Notes: generated by a model not told the origin, from the letters alone. A stretch of DNA of 62,755 nt, filler included, from Craspedostauros australis (GCA_030167865.1; 16 parts of 16 records of this genome joined end to end with filler, not necessarily neighbours in it), one strand, 5' to 3'; counted from the first letter of the whole stretch, positions 12,912-24,857 are shown. Numbers and translations are program-made.

Positions 12912-13887
12912 CCAACACCAACACCAACAGCAACAGCAACAGAGATGGCAGCAGTAGTAGTCAGCCCACAGCAAACGGCCCTAGTGATCGGCCATCACAA
13001 AATCCAACCCGCACACCCACAGATATACCGAGCGATCTATCCTCGTCGAACCCAACCCTCACACCCACGCATATACCGAGTGATCGACCCTCACAAAGTC
13101 CAACGCACACACCCACGGATATACCGAGTGATCTTCCCTCGTCGAACCCAACTCACATACCCACGCATATACCGAGTGACCTGCCCTCGTCGAACCCAAC
13201 ATACAGCTTCGATCAATCGAATGCTTTCTTCACCATTTGGGAGGTGCTCCTGCCCACACTCCAAGAAGAGCCTACCTTCATCGATACAGACATACTCGCC
13301 AGCCCAACCAGTACTGCACACCAGACGATGAACTGGATTGCAAACAGCAACCACCCAGATCTCACATCAATGATCGCGGAAGATGCACAAGCCAATGCCA
13401 TGCGTCTATTGGAGTACTATGCAGTAGTGAGCATATACTTTTCACTCGATGGAGCCAATTGGATCGACAAGATGGGCTTTCTATCAGATGCTGACGTGTG
13501 CGACTGGCACTCTTCCTCTGGTGGTGTGACATGCGATAATGGCCATGTGGTACAAGTAGCTTTGGGTGACGAAGGCATGCGGGGCACGCTCGATCCAGCC
13601 CTGTATCATCTCTCGCAACTTGAGCAATTGTCAATGGAAATGACTTATAGCTCCCGCCGACAGATGGATGGTATCATCTTCAGTCATATTGGCATGTTGA
13701 GCATGCTCTCAGAGCTAACTCTAGTGTACATGGGACTGCGAGGTGCGTTTCCGTCGGAATTGTATCAACTTCCGCAATTGACACGTCTTGACCTGGAGTT
13801 CAACGACTTCGCTGGACCACTTCCTTCTCAGATTGGTCAATTGACAGCTCTCGCCACTCTTGATCTGGGATATACCGACTTCACTGG
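12379..13887 (+). CDS. Type II membrane LRR receptor-like protein, copy 1 (partial at both ends)
   Basis: (MQAD/N)n tail, TM GIVTVVLLVAGVAGAIAAGLVFL, S/N and P/T/S stalk, cap motif CDWHSSSGGVTC, then plant-type LRRs. Confidence 0.9.
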
Positions 13888-13987
13888 NNNNNNNNNNNNN
13901 NNNNNNNNNNNNNNNNNNNNNNNNNNNNNNNTTAATTAATTAANNNNNNNNNNNNNNNNNNNNNNNNNNNNNNNNNNNNNNNNNNNN

Positions 13988-14031
13988 ATCATACCATGCG
14001 ATCATACCATGCGATCATACCATGCGATCAT
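13988..14031. repeat. 13-bp tandem repeat (ATCATACCATGCG)x3+
   Basis: Direct repeat at the scaffold start. Confidence 0.85.
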
Positions 14032-14701
14032 AGGAGCGGATGAGGAATACCGCTTTGGCTCTTCGGTCCGTGTCCCATGATAAAGAACATCTGCGAAAGT
14101 AGAAGGATAAGTGTCAGAGTGCGTGGTACGAGTACAAAGTAATCGGAGATTTGATTTCTACGAGTACAGCGTGTGCGATGGGGATGATGCAGCACCAATG
14201 CGTACGAAACGGTACGGAAGGGTACCACTTCTGACGGTTGACACCTCAACTGCCCACCGTCACCGCCACGGATGCAAATGACAGACGTGGGGCAACTGCC
14301 CTCGTGTATCACCTCTTTGGGCCAAACATCGAAGGGTGTACTCTGTGAGAAGTTGCAACATTTGGAGAGTTGTATCGTTGCTCCTTTGACCACCACGCCC
14401 GCACTGATGAGTGCGATCAAGAGATTGTTGCTGCAGAAAAGCGAAGTTGCTCTCTCTGCCTCGCCCAAGATTGATCTTGTTGACATGCCTGAAATCGTTT
14501 GGAACAACTGATTTCCTCGCCCTCACAATACATCAACACCGTCATCCATAAACCACCACCACTCACAATCTCGAGAGAGACAGAGAGAGAGAGAGAGCCC
14601 AAGTTCCGCAGGTGCCATTCACATCTTTGCCACGGGTGTGACCGACACACAACTCACTTACACAGCCGCAGTTGCAGCCGCAGCCACATTCATACGAAAC
14701 A

Positions 14702-15324
14702 ATGGATGACAAGAAAAAACATGATGCGTCTGCTAAACTTCCGTCATCAATCCCTGCTGCCCCCTCTGAGCCAGTAGCGTCTGAAGCAGACATGCAAGCA
14801 GACATGCAAGCAGACATGCAAGCAGACATGCAAGCAGACATGCAAGCAGACATGCAAGCAGACATGCAAGCAGNNNNNNNNNNNNNNNNNNNNNNNNNNN
14901 NNNNNNNNNNNNNNNNNNNNNNNNNNNNNNNNNNNNNNNNNNNNNNNNNNNNNNNNNNNATGCAAGCCAACATGCAAGCCAACATGCAAGCCAACATGCA
15001 AGCCAACATGCAAGCCAACATGCAAGCCAACGTGCAAGCAGACGTGCAAGCAGACATGCTGGCTGAAACGCAAATGGAATTGCAAAGGGTTTTGCAACTG
15101 TTGCAAACTCAAACACCAGGAGTTCAAGGCAACCCTGATGAAAACACAAGGAATCAAGTCTATGTTCCAGTTGCAGAGGTCGTCCCTGAAAATGATGATA
15201 ATCCTGAACCATATTCTCGGAGGGCAGGATGGAGCTGGAAAGGTANTGTTACTGTGGTGTTACTCGTCGCCGGTGTAGCTGGTGCCATTGCAGCAGGCTT
15301 AGTGTTTCTCCAAAGTGACGAGAG

Positions 15325-15405
<81 letters not shown>

Positions 15406-15410
15406 AGATG

Positions 15411-15441
<31 letters not shown>

Positions 15442-15834
15442 AGATGGCAGCAGTAGTAGTCAGCCCACAGCAAACGGCCCTAGTGATCGGCCATCACAAA
15501 ATCCAACCCGCACACCCACAGATATACCGAGCGATCTATCCTCGTCGAACCCAACCCTCACACCCACGCATATACCGAGTGATCGACCCTCACAAAGTCC
15601 AACGCACACACCCACGGATATACCGAGTGATCTTCCCTCGTCGAACCCAACTCACATACCCACGCATATACCGAGTGACCTGCCCTCGTCGAACCCAACA
15701 TACAGCTTCGATCAATCGAATGCTTTCTTCACCATTTGGGAGGTGCTCCTGCCCACACTCCAAGAAGAGCCTACCTTCATCGATNNNNNNNNNNNNNNNN
15801 NNNNNNNNNNNNNNNNNNNNNNNNNNNNNNNNNN

Positions 15835-15918
<84 letters not shown>

Positions 15919-18103
15919 AGATGGCAGCAGTAGCAATCAGCCCACGGCAAATGGCCCTAGTGATCGACCATCACAAAACCCGACCCACAGACCCACGAAT
16001 GCCCCTAGCGATCGACCCTCACAAAACCCGACCCACAGACCCACGAATGCCCCTAGCGATCGACCCTCACAAAGCCCAACCCACACACCCACGGATACAC
16101 CGAGTGATCTTCCCTCGTCGAACCCAACGTACAGCTTCGATCAATCGAATGCTTTCTTCACCATTTGGGAGGTGCTCGCGCCCATACTCCAAGAAGAGCC
16201 TACTTCCATCGATGCAGCCATACTCGCCAGCACGACCAGTACCGCGCATCGAACGCTGGACTGGATGGCAAACAGCAACCACCAATACCTCACATCAATG
16301 ATCGCAGGACATGCGCAAGCCAATGCATCACACCTGTTGGAATACTATGCAGTAGTGAGCATGTACTTTTCACTCGATGGAGCCAATTGGAACAACAAGA
16401 TGGGCTTTCTATCAGATGCTGACCTTTGCGACTGGCACTCTTCCTCTGGTGGTGTGACATGCGTTGATGGTCATGTGGTAGAAGTAGCTTTGGGTGACAG
16501 AAACATGCGGGGCACGCTCGATCCAGCCCTGTATCATCTCTCGCACCTTGAGAAATGGTCAATACAAATGGGCTATTGGTCTGGTGGACAGATCGATGGG
16601 ATCATGTTCAGTCATATTGGTATGTTGAGTACGCTATCAGAGCTAACTCTAATACGCATGGAACTGCGAGGTGCGTTTCCGTCAGAATTGTATCAACTTC
16701 CGCAATTGACACATCTTGACCTGCATTCCAACAACTTCGCTGGACCACTTCCTTCTCAGATTGGTCGATTGACAGCATTGCGGCATCTTGGCCTGGATTA
16801 CAATGACTTCATTGGGCGTCTTCCATCCGAGATTGGTCAACTGACAGCTCTCGCCTCTCTTGATCTAGAATGGACCGACTTCACTGGGTGGCTCCCATCT
16901 GAGATTGGTCAGCTGACAACGCTCACAATGCTCAATTTGGGATCTTCTCATTTCACTTGGCGGCTTCCATCCGAGATTGGTCAGCTGACAGCTCTCGCCT
17001 CTCTTGATCTAGAATGGACCGACTTCACTGGGTGGCTCCCATCCGAGATTGTTCAGCTGACAGCACTCACAATGCTAGATCTGGGACAAACCGACTTCAC
17101 TGGGCAGCTTTCATCTGAGATTGCTCAGCTGACAGCTCTTGCCTCTCTTGATCTAGAATGGACCGACTTCACTGGGGGGCTCCCATCCGAGATTGGCCAA
17201 CTGACAGCACTCACAATGCTAGATCTGGGAAATACCGACTTCACTGGGCAGCTTTCATCCGAGATTGGTCAGCTGACAGCACTGAAACGTCTTGATCTGA
17301 GATCTACCAATCTCACTGGGGGGCTCCCATCCGAGATTGGCCAACTGACAGCGCTCACCTATCTTGATCTGTGGGATGCCGACTTCACTGGGCAGCTTTC
17401 ATCCAAGATTGGTCAGCTGACAGCACTGGAACGTTTTGATCTGAGATCTACCGATCTCACTGGGCGCTTTCCATCCGAGATCGGTCAACTGACAGCTCTC
17501 ACCTTTCTCATCATGGAGTCCACCGATCTCACTGGACGGCTTCCGTCCGAGATTGGTCAGCTGACAGCGCTTATCATTCTTGATCTGGGAACTACTGACT
17601 TAACTGGACAGATTCCATCCGAGATTGGTCAACTGGCAGCACTGAAATATCTTTACCTGGATTCCACTGACTTCACTGGACAGCTTCCATCCGAGATTGG
17701 TCAACTGGCAGCGCTCACCTATCTTAATCTGGGGACTACTGGCTTGACTGGACAGTTTCCATCCGAGATTGGTCAACTCACAGCTCTCACCCGTCTTGAT
17801 CTAAGATGGACCGAATTCACTGGGCAGCTTCCGTCCGAGATTGGTCAACTGACAGCACTGAAACGTCTTTACCTGGATTCCACTGACTTCACTGGACAGC
17901 TTCCATCCGAGGTTGGTCAACTGACAGCGCTCACCATTCTTGATCTGGGACCTACTGACTTCACTGGACAGTTTCCATCCGAGATTGGTCAACTCACAGC
18001 GCTCACCTATCTTGATCTACAAGGGACCAATTTCACTAGACCGCTTCCAACTCAGCTTGGCCTCCTCACATCATTGGAAATAACCGGAATTTCCGGAATC
18101 TAA
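14702..18103 (+). CDS. Type II membrane LRR receptor-like protein, copy 2, ~21 LRRs of 24 aa; probably a chimera of two alleles or paralogs across gap 15785-15834
   Basis: ATG at 14702, TM, stalk, N-cap, then units LxxLxLxxTxFTGxLPSEIGQLT to TAA at 18101-18103. The stalk and start of the cap occur twice, either side of the gap, and the first matches copy 1. Confidence 0.9.
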
Positions 18104-18531
18104 TTCACTCCAATGGTCTCAACACAACTGGCCAAGCTTATGAGCCCATTCAGTCACAAACCAACGAGTCACAGGGGGAGCAGTCTACTACTCCGCTCGG
18201 ACGAGTTTGCAGCACCTTGCCGGCTCGCAGTTCGGTTGGATGCCGTTCAGTGTTTTGGGAGCCGCGGCAATTTTGGAGAGAGCCCTTTGCAATGACGTTC
18301 CCGGCAAGCCTGACAGGTTGTCACGTTGCTGGACATGATGACGTGGGTTGAAATGTCTGCGACCTTTGAACTTTCTTCGAGCTCCTTTGTGCATACCATA
18401 TACTGAGTACCTTGGTGTGATACTACAAATTNNNNNNNNNNNNNNNNNNNNNNNNNNNNNNNNNNNNNNNNNNNNTTAATTAATTAANNNNNNNNNNNNN
18501 NNNNNNNNNNNNNNNNNNNNNNNNNNNNNNN

Positions 18532-20958
18532 TATTTCTTCGGCTCTGCTGCTGCGATCCGCGTCGTCGGCCTCCATGCTCTTGATGGTCTCCGATCGTCG
18601 CTCCCAAGTTGTTCTTGTAGCTCGGGTGTTCACACCCGACGTAGAGTCGTCATCTTCTAGATCTATCAGCATAGATCTGTTGGCATTCTCGATACCTCTG
18701 AATTGCCCGTATGACTGATTCATCCATGTCACGTCTCTCGTGATTAGGATCTTGGTTGTTGCGAGATTCAGCATTCGATATACTCCTTTTGCGTGCGATT
18801 GGCCGTAGCCAACGAACATGGCTGGTCTGGATCTATCGTCCAGCTTGGCCTTTATCGTACGACCGCCGATGTATACCATCCCTATTTCTCCGAATTTTCG
18901 TAATCCATCCACGAATGTTGGGATCCGGTTGTTGAAGAGAACACATGTTGGTTCTCTTGTCTTTGTCTCAATAATATTTTCGAGCTGTGTTGCGGTTCGG
19001 GCTGCTTCCGCCCACAATTTCCCACGCACTGTTCTCGGTAGATGCGTTTGGTTGAGCATGGAGCGGACTTTCCCGTACAACGTCGCGAATTTTCTTTCCA
19101 CGCGACCATTCTGTTGGGGGGTGGAAGCGGCAGTGTATTCGAACGTTGGGCCGAATCCTGCTCTGAGAAGCTGTTTTTCTGCGGCATAATTCTCTCCCGC
19201 GTTGTCACATCTGATATTTTTCACATGTGCCTGTTGGTTGGAGTTAAGCCATCGGAGGAGCGTGATCAGCTTTTCTCCGACTTCATTTTTCTCTTTCAAA
19301 AAGTAACTCCAGCAGTAATCACTGTAATCATTGATGACAAGGAGCCAATATTTTCCTTGTCCGTAGCTGTGCGTTTGAACACTCGATGTGTCAATGAACA
19401 ACCGCTCACCAATTTCCTTTGCTCGGAGCTGCAGGCGTTTTGTCATTGACTTCTGCTTCTGTTTTCCAATTGCGCAGTCAATGCATGCATGCAACTTGCC
19501 TGTGACATTCCAACCGTATCGTCCCGCTGTGCGAGAGATCGTGTAAGTGTCAACATGGCCTAACATTTTATGAATTTGGTTGATGTCCACCGTGGACCCG
19601 GTGGACACGCCGACATTGGCTTGGTCCTCGTGGGGAGGGGCACTGATCATGTTCACTCCACTCACGAAACCGCTATGGGTTGCCATGAGTCTGTCGAACG
19701 TGATGCGTTGCCCGCGCTTCTCCAAGCTCATCACGACACCTTGGTTGCTGATGTCGAAGCCGTTCTTGAGAGCTTTGTTGATGCTCAAGAGGTTCACCCA
19801 CAGGTTGGGCACGAACTTCACTTGCTTGAGCACGATGGTAGCTTGGTTCCCGTTCTTCTGCATCACNNNNNNNNNNNNNNNNNNNNNNNNNGTTGCCTTG
19901 AGGTATCGGCCGCTGCCGATCTTGATGGAGTGGTTGGCCACTCGCACGTTAATCATTCCCTCTTCGCTATTGGTGAGGTGGCATGAGGCACCAGAATCAC
20001 CCAGCCATGTGTTTGCTTCGTGGTGGTCGGGGGCGATGGTGTGGCGGAGTGCGCTTGCATCGTCGAGGTCACCGATCACCATGGCAATGTCTGGTTGAGC
20101 GTCTTGGTGGTCACCGATCACCATGGCCATGTCTGGTTGAGCTTCGGCGGCTCGGTAGATGGGGAGTTGGTTGAACTCCTCTGGGTCTCGGACTCCTTGG
20201 TCACCTGGATGATGCATCCACATCAGCATCTCTGCGGCATGCTGAACCAGGCTGTCGATGAGCCCTCTGTGGATGGGTGGCAGGTTGAGCTCTTCAAGCC
20301 TTGCGTTAATGTGTTGCACGGCTTGCACCAGTTGCATTGGCATGTACACGTCGATGCGGTGCATCATGTAGTAGAGCGTGCGAGGGTTCAGGCTTTCTCC
20401 TCCTCCTTCAGTGTATGCGTGCGCCGCGTCGCAGCACAGTAGGGCGAGCTCAGAGCGCACTTCATCAGCAACCATCATGTTGCTGAGAGAGTATCTCATT
20501 GCGACATGCAGAGGTCCTGCAGTCCAGAGCTTCTGGCGGCGCGTCATGATGTCTTGGATCGTTGTTGGCGCCGCCCTTGCAGGGGGGTTTGCCAGTTGGA
20601 TGAGGAACGGCGAGTTACAGCAGGTCTTGCACATGGCGTAGAGAGGGCCGCGCTGAAAGCACAGCGGGCACCATCCTGCAGTGCTCCCTCCGTTGCGGGA
20701 CGACTCTTCGATCATTCGATCGACCAGATGTTGGAAGGCTCCGCGCACGGAGAATCGGTAGTAGTCACACTCTTTTGTCGAAAGTGTTTCTGTTACTGTT
20801 ACTGTTACTGTTGTTGCTATTGATTGTTGGTGAGCGAACGTGGGGTATGAGATGATCAAGATGCTCTCTTGATCCATCTCTTCCTTGCTCTCATTGCTTG
20901 GTGCAATCCTCTTGCACCTCCATGTACATTGCTCACATGTTGCTCGTTGATGTTGACT
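18532..20958 (-). CDS. Copia pol: extra CxxC-CxxC domain, aspartic protease, GAG-pre-integrase, integrase (3' partial)
   Basis: WLGDSGASCH; HKMLGH...CIDC zinc finger; LFIDT, IRCDNAGE, PQQNGRVER; KAKLDDRSRPAMFVGY. Confidence 0.92.
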
Positions 20959-23141
20959 TCATCGTCAACGTCGTCGTTTCTCTTTCGTTGTCTCGTCGTT
21001 GTTCCGTGTTCAGGTTTTGTTGAACCTGATGATTGATCGAATCTGATGGAATATTCACAACATATTTCATTCCTGTAGACCTGGTAGTTAAGGTCTCGAT
21101 GTGACGTCACGTGTGATGGATACTGTGGTATCCGCTGGTATCGCGGTATCCTGTCATCGTAGTATCGCAGTATCCTCGTGGTATCGCGGTGGTATTGCTG
21201 TGACGTCATAGTTTTGTGTCGTGATTCCGCCACCGAATAGTCTAGATGGCGGCAAGCAAGTGTGACTGATGCATACACATNNNNNNNNNNNNNNNNNNNN
21301 NNNNNNNNNNNNNNNNNNNNNNNNNNNNNNGTCGTGATTCCGCCACCGAATAGTCTAGATGGCGGCAAGCAAGTGTGACTGATGCATACACATCCGAGTA
21401 CACACATTCCGACAACCAGAGTCCTTGGTTCGGTTCGAGAGTAGATGGTGGAGGTGACGCGATGGTCGACTCCAGGCATCGCTACTTCATTCTCGATGAT
21501 GTCTCCGATGTTGAGGGGTTCATCCTCGTAGACGATCCCGTCGAAGAGATTGTCTTCGTCGGTGTAATCGTCTTCGTCGCTTGATGGGAAGTGCTCGCGG
21601 TTGATGGTCTCAACTGCAGCAACTGGGGGTCTGTAGTATCCGTACACACTCGGGGTGTGGGCCTCTCGTTCCTCTTCAGAGTACTCGACCTCTTCTTCGA
21701 GGTCGAGTCCGGTCATGTCTTCGTTGGTGGTTGCGAGGGCCATGTCGTTGATGGACGACTCGTAGTGCGCCATGTCGGTGGTGTTGATTGTTTGGTTTTT
21801 CTTGATGTTCGTGATTTCGTCGATTGTCACGATTCTTGGGTTGGTCACATTTTTGACCTCAACGGGGTCGGTTTCGAGCTCGTCGGTGGGGAAACACACC
21901 AATTCTTCGTTGTTGACCGACTTGTCTTCGTCGGGTAACCACATTGATTCATCGGTCATCACGAGATCGATTTCGTCTTCTTCGTCGTTAGCGGGCATCC
22001 ACATGGGTTCATCTACCACGACGAACGCGGCGTTGTCTGCCGCGGCGTCTTCGGGTANNNNNNNNNNNNNNNNNNNNNNNNNNNNNNNNNNNNNNNNNNN
22101 NNNNNNNNNNNNNNNNNNNNNNNNNNNNNNNNNNNNGGCTGCTCTCATCGCTGCCTTCAACTTGAAGCACTCGAGGATCTTGTGTCCCTTCTTACCGCAG
22201 TACTTGCAGTTTCCGTTGAACTTGGTCTTGTCTTCAGTATCACTTCTCTTGTTCTTCTTCGTGGGCTTGCCTCCTTTGTTCTTAGGCGCAGAGCGGCAGT
22301 CTGCCTTCTTGTGCCCGTAGGCACCACAGTTGCGGCAGTGGCCCTTGAAGCCACCAGTGGCGGCGAGTGCCATTTCTTCCTTGCTATTGTTCTCGCGCTT
22401 ACTACCTCCTTGCTTGATGTGACGTGCGTCGTAGGTTGCACTCACTGCTTCGCGGATGTCTTTGACAGTCATCTGCTTTTCGATGTTCTCGAACTTGAGC
22501 TCGATGAGCTTCACATCCATCTCGTAGTCCCTTCCGAGAGCGTTGAGCACGAGCATGTGGTACTGCTCCATGTCCATATTAACTCCCGCGTGCTTGAGGC
22601 GGTTACGGATCACCTCCATTTCGGTGAGGAAGGTATCCGGATGTTCGCCTTTCTTCAATCGCATCCCGTTGAGTTGAGCCAACAACTTTGCCTTCATTGG
22701 CGCAGTNNNNNNNNNNNNNNNNNNNNNNNNNNNNNNNNNNNNNNNNNNNNNNNNNNNNNNNNNNNNNNNNNNNNNNNNNNNNNNNNNNNNNNNNNNNNNN
22801 NNNNNNNNNNNNNNNNNNGTTTCATGGTTGATTGCCATGGTCAGTTCTTCAAACGCGTACTTGGCCAGAGCCTTCTTGTACTCCGCCTTCTCCTCGGGAG
22901 ACATGGCAGATAACTTTGAGGCCTTAAGCTTCTTCTCTTCACTTCCCGCGATGGAGGCGAGAGGAGAGGGGTCAAAGGTCTCGGTCTTCACAATCACATT
23001 ACCCAAGTCCTTGAGATACAAGTCTCCGTAACCCTTGCGGTTGGCACGGGCGAGGAACTTCGCACTCCAAGCTTTCCAGGAGGATCGCTTGCCGTCGAAC
23101 ATGATCATGTAACGATTGGTCTTACCAAGGAAGGACGTCAT
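20856..23141 (-). CDS. Copia gag with two CCHC zinc knuckles and a long acidic tail
   Basis: FDGKRSSWKAWSAKF, HPDTFLTEME, CRNCGAYGHKKADC, CKYCGKKGHKILEC. The frame beyond the N gaps is uncertain. Confidence 0.88.
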   Translation of the reverse strand: MTSFLGKTNRYMIMFDGKRSSWKAWSAKFLARANRKGYGDLYLKDLGNVIVKTETFDPSPLASIAGSEEKKLKASKLSAMSPEEKAEYKKALAKYAFEELTMAINHEXXXXXXXXXXXXXXXXXXXXXXXXXXXXXXXXXXXXXXTAPMKAKLLAQLNGMRLKKGEHPDTFLTEMEVIRNRLKHAGVNMDMEQYHMLVLNALGRDYEMDVKLIELKFENIEKQMTVKDIREAVSATYDARHIKQGGSKRENNSKEEMALAATGGFKGHCRNCGAYGHKKADCRSAPKNKGGKPTKKNKRSDTEDKTKFNGNCKYCGKKGHKILECFKLKAAMRAAXXXXXXXXXXXXXXXXXXXXXXXXXXXPEDAAADNAAFVVVDEPMWMPANDEEDEIDLVMTDESMWLPDEDKSVNNEELVCFPTDELETDPVEVKNVTNPRIVTIDEITNIKKNQTINTTDMAHYESSINDMALATTNEDMTGLDLEEEVEYSEEEREAHTPSVYGYYRPPVAAVETINREHFPSSDEDDYTDEDNLFDGIVYEDEPLNIGDIIENEVAMPGVDHRVTSTIYSRTEPRTLVVGMCVLGCVCISHTCLPPSRLFGGGITXXXXXXXXXXXXXXXXXXVYASVTLACRHLDYSVAESRHKTMTSQQYHRDTTRILRYYDDRIPRYQRIPQYPSHVTSHRDLNYQVYRNEICCEYSIRFDQSSGSTKPEHGTTTRQRKRNDDVDDEVNINEQHVSNVHGGARGLHQAMRARKRWIKRAS

Positions 23142-23220
23142 GGTGATGATGGTGAGAGTCGTTTGTTGCTGTGTTGGTGATGATGGAAACGTAGGATTTC
23201 AATCGTAACGTTTCGAAACG

Positions 23221-23548
23221 TGTTGGAAATCCGGGGTTAGTGTTAGTAAGAACTAATTGGTTGTTAGTCCGTACTATTCAGAACTGTGAGCTCATTCTCT
23301 TCAGCTCCTTTGCCTTTCGTTTCTTATATAGCATCTCCTGCAGCAGCATCGTCTTATACTGTTGCATTCATGCATCTCTTCATCATGAATCATCGCTTGC
23401 ATACATGAGATCGCATCCGCAGGCATCCTTGTCATGCACATCGTCGTGCATATCCGTAGGCATTCTTGCCATGCACCTTGTCGTGCATATCCTTATTCTA
23501 CACTCCCTGCGGTACGATTCCACAGTCTTGCGTTTCGCTCTTGATCTC
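23221..23548 (-). repeat. 5' LTR (partial) of Copia family A
   Basis: TGTTGGAAATCCGGGGTTA is identical to 1845-1863, and similarity starts exactly at this TG. It lies 80 bp upstream of the gag ATG. Confidence 0.8.
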
Positions 23549-23648
23549 NNNNNNNNNNNNNNNNNNNNNNNNNNNNNNNNNNNNNNNNNNNNTTAATTAA
23601 TTAANNNNNNNNNNNNNNNNNNNNNNNNNNNNNNNNNNNNNNNNNNNN

Positions 23649-24857
23649 ACAGAATGGGTATCATCTACGAAGACAGCAGCGATGAATCAGAACAAGAAGT
23701 AGACAGATTCAATTCAAACAAGAGAGTCATCTATCCAACAGACATCTCGTTCCCACCAGTCCAGAACGCTGAGGCTTCGACACCATACACAGGCATGATA
23801 CGATCCCATATCCTACATTGACAGCAGAGACAATGCAACAACAGCTCATCCACGACGCCGTGATGGTAGCAGGCATGCGTCTCTTCCCAGCGATGATCAA
23901 CGGGGGACTGNNNNNNNNNNNNNNNNNNNNNNNNNNNNNNNNNNNNNNNNNNNNNNNNNNNNNNNNNNNNNNNNNNNNNNNNNNNNNNNNNNNNNNNNNN
24001 NNNNNNNNNNNNNNNNNNNNNNNNNNNNNNNNNNNNNGAATTGCACTACGTCCTTGGAGGATGTATGCAGGTACTCCTGCGCGAGCGACCACAAGTCATG
24101 CCATGCGATTCGGTGACAGGAACTCACCGAGAAGACATGACTCCAGCAGTCGGAGAACCGTACTACGACGGCATGGACTACCACAGGATNNNNNNNNNNN
24201 NNNNNNNNNNNNNNNNNNNNNNNNNNNNNNNNNNNNNNNGAGGCTTCGACACCATACACAGGCATGATACGATCCCATATCCTACATTGACAGCAGAGAC
24301 AATGCAACAACAGCTCATCCACGACGCCGTGATGGTAGCAGGCATGCGTCTCTTCCCAGCGATGATCAACGGGGGACTGCAACACGTATGGGTGCGCGTG
24401 ATTGGCACCATACTGTCCAACAATTTCCGATCAATCGAAGAGATTCTCGCCAACACAGTGATCCTCAACCGGCTGTTGGAGGAAAGANGAGCTCATTCCA
24501 GAGACNGAATTGCACTACGTCCTTGGAGGATGTATGCAGGTACTCCTGNGCGAGCGACCACAAGTCATGCCATNCGATTCGGTGACAGGAACTCACCGAG
24601 AAGACATGACTCCAGCAGTCGGAGAACCGTACTACGACGGCATGGACTACCACAGGATGGACGACGGGAACGAAGAAGATCACGACGACAACATGGCAGC
24701 GGCTGCCATGGAACAGTTTCACAAGCTGAGCACCAAGTACAAGGACAAGGTCAACAAGGACACCTGGCTTGCCGACAGCGGAGCCTCGTGTAACATCGTG
24801 AACTCAGACGCCAGCCTCTTCAACGTGCGGCACATCAAGTCCTTCATCCAAGTGGGA
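23649..24857 (+). mobile_element. Copia family B fragment: gag-protease spacer and protease start, frameshifted
   Basis: Protease TWLADSGASCNI. The start GIIYEDSSDESE..FNSNKRVIY aligns with the end of the 8282-10083 scaffold, GIFDEDDSDESE..FNPNERVVY. Confidence 0.8.

Larger units (their letters stand above)
18532..23548 (-). mobile_element. Copia family A, 5' part (5' LTR, gag, long spacer, protease, integrase)
   Basis: LTR end at 23221 and gag ATG at 23141. The scaffold-end peptide EADDADRSSRA recurs at the start of the RT scaffold 36425-38475. Confidence 0.93.

Noticed and set aside
16820..18000. CRISPR-like pattern of constant repeat plus variable spacer
   Set aside because: The period is exactly 72 bp in one open frame encoding LRRs, the spacers are homologous to each other, and no cas genes are present.
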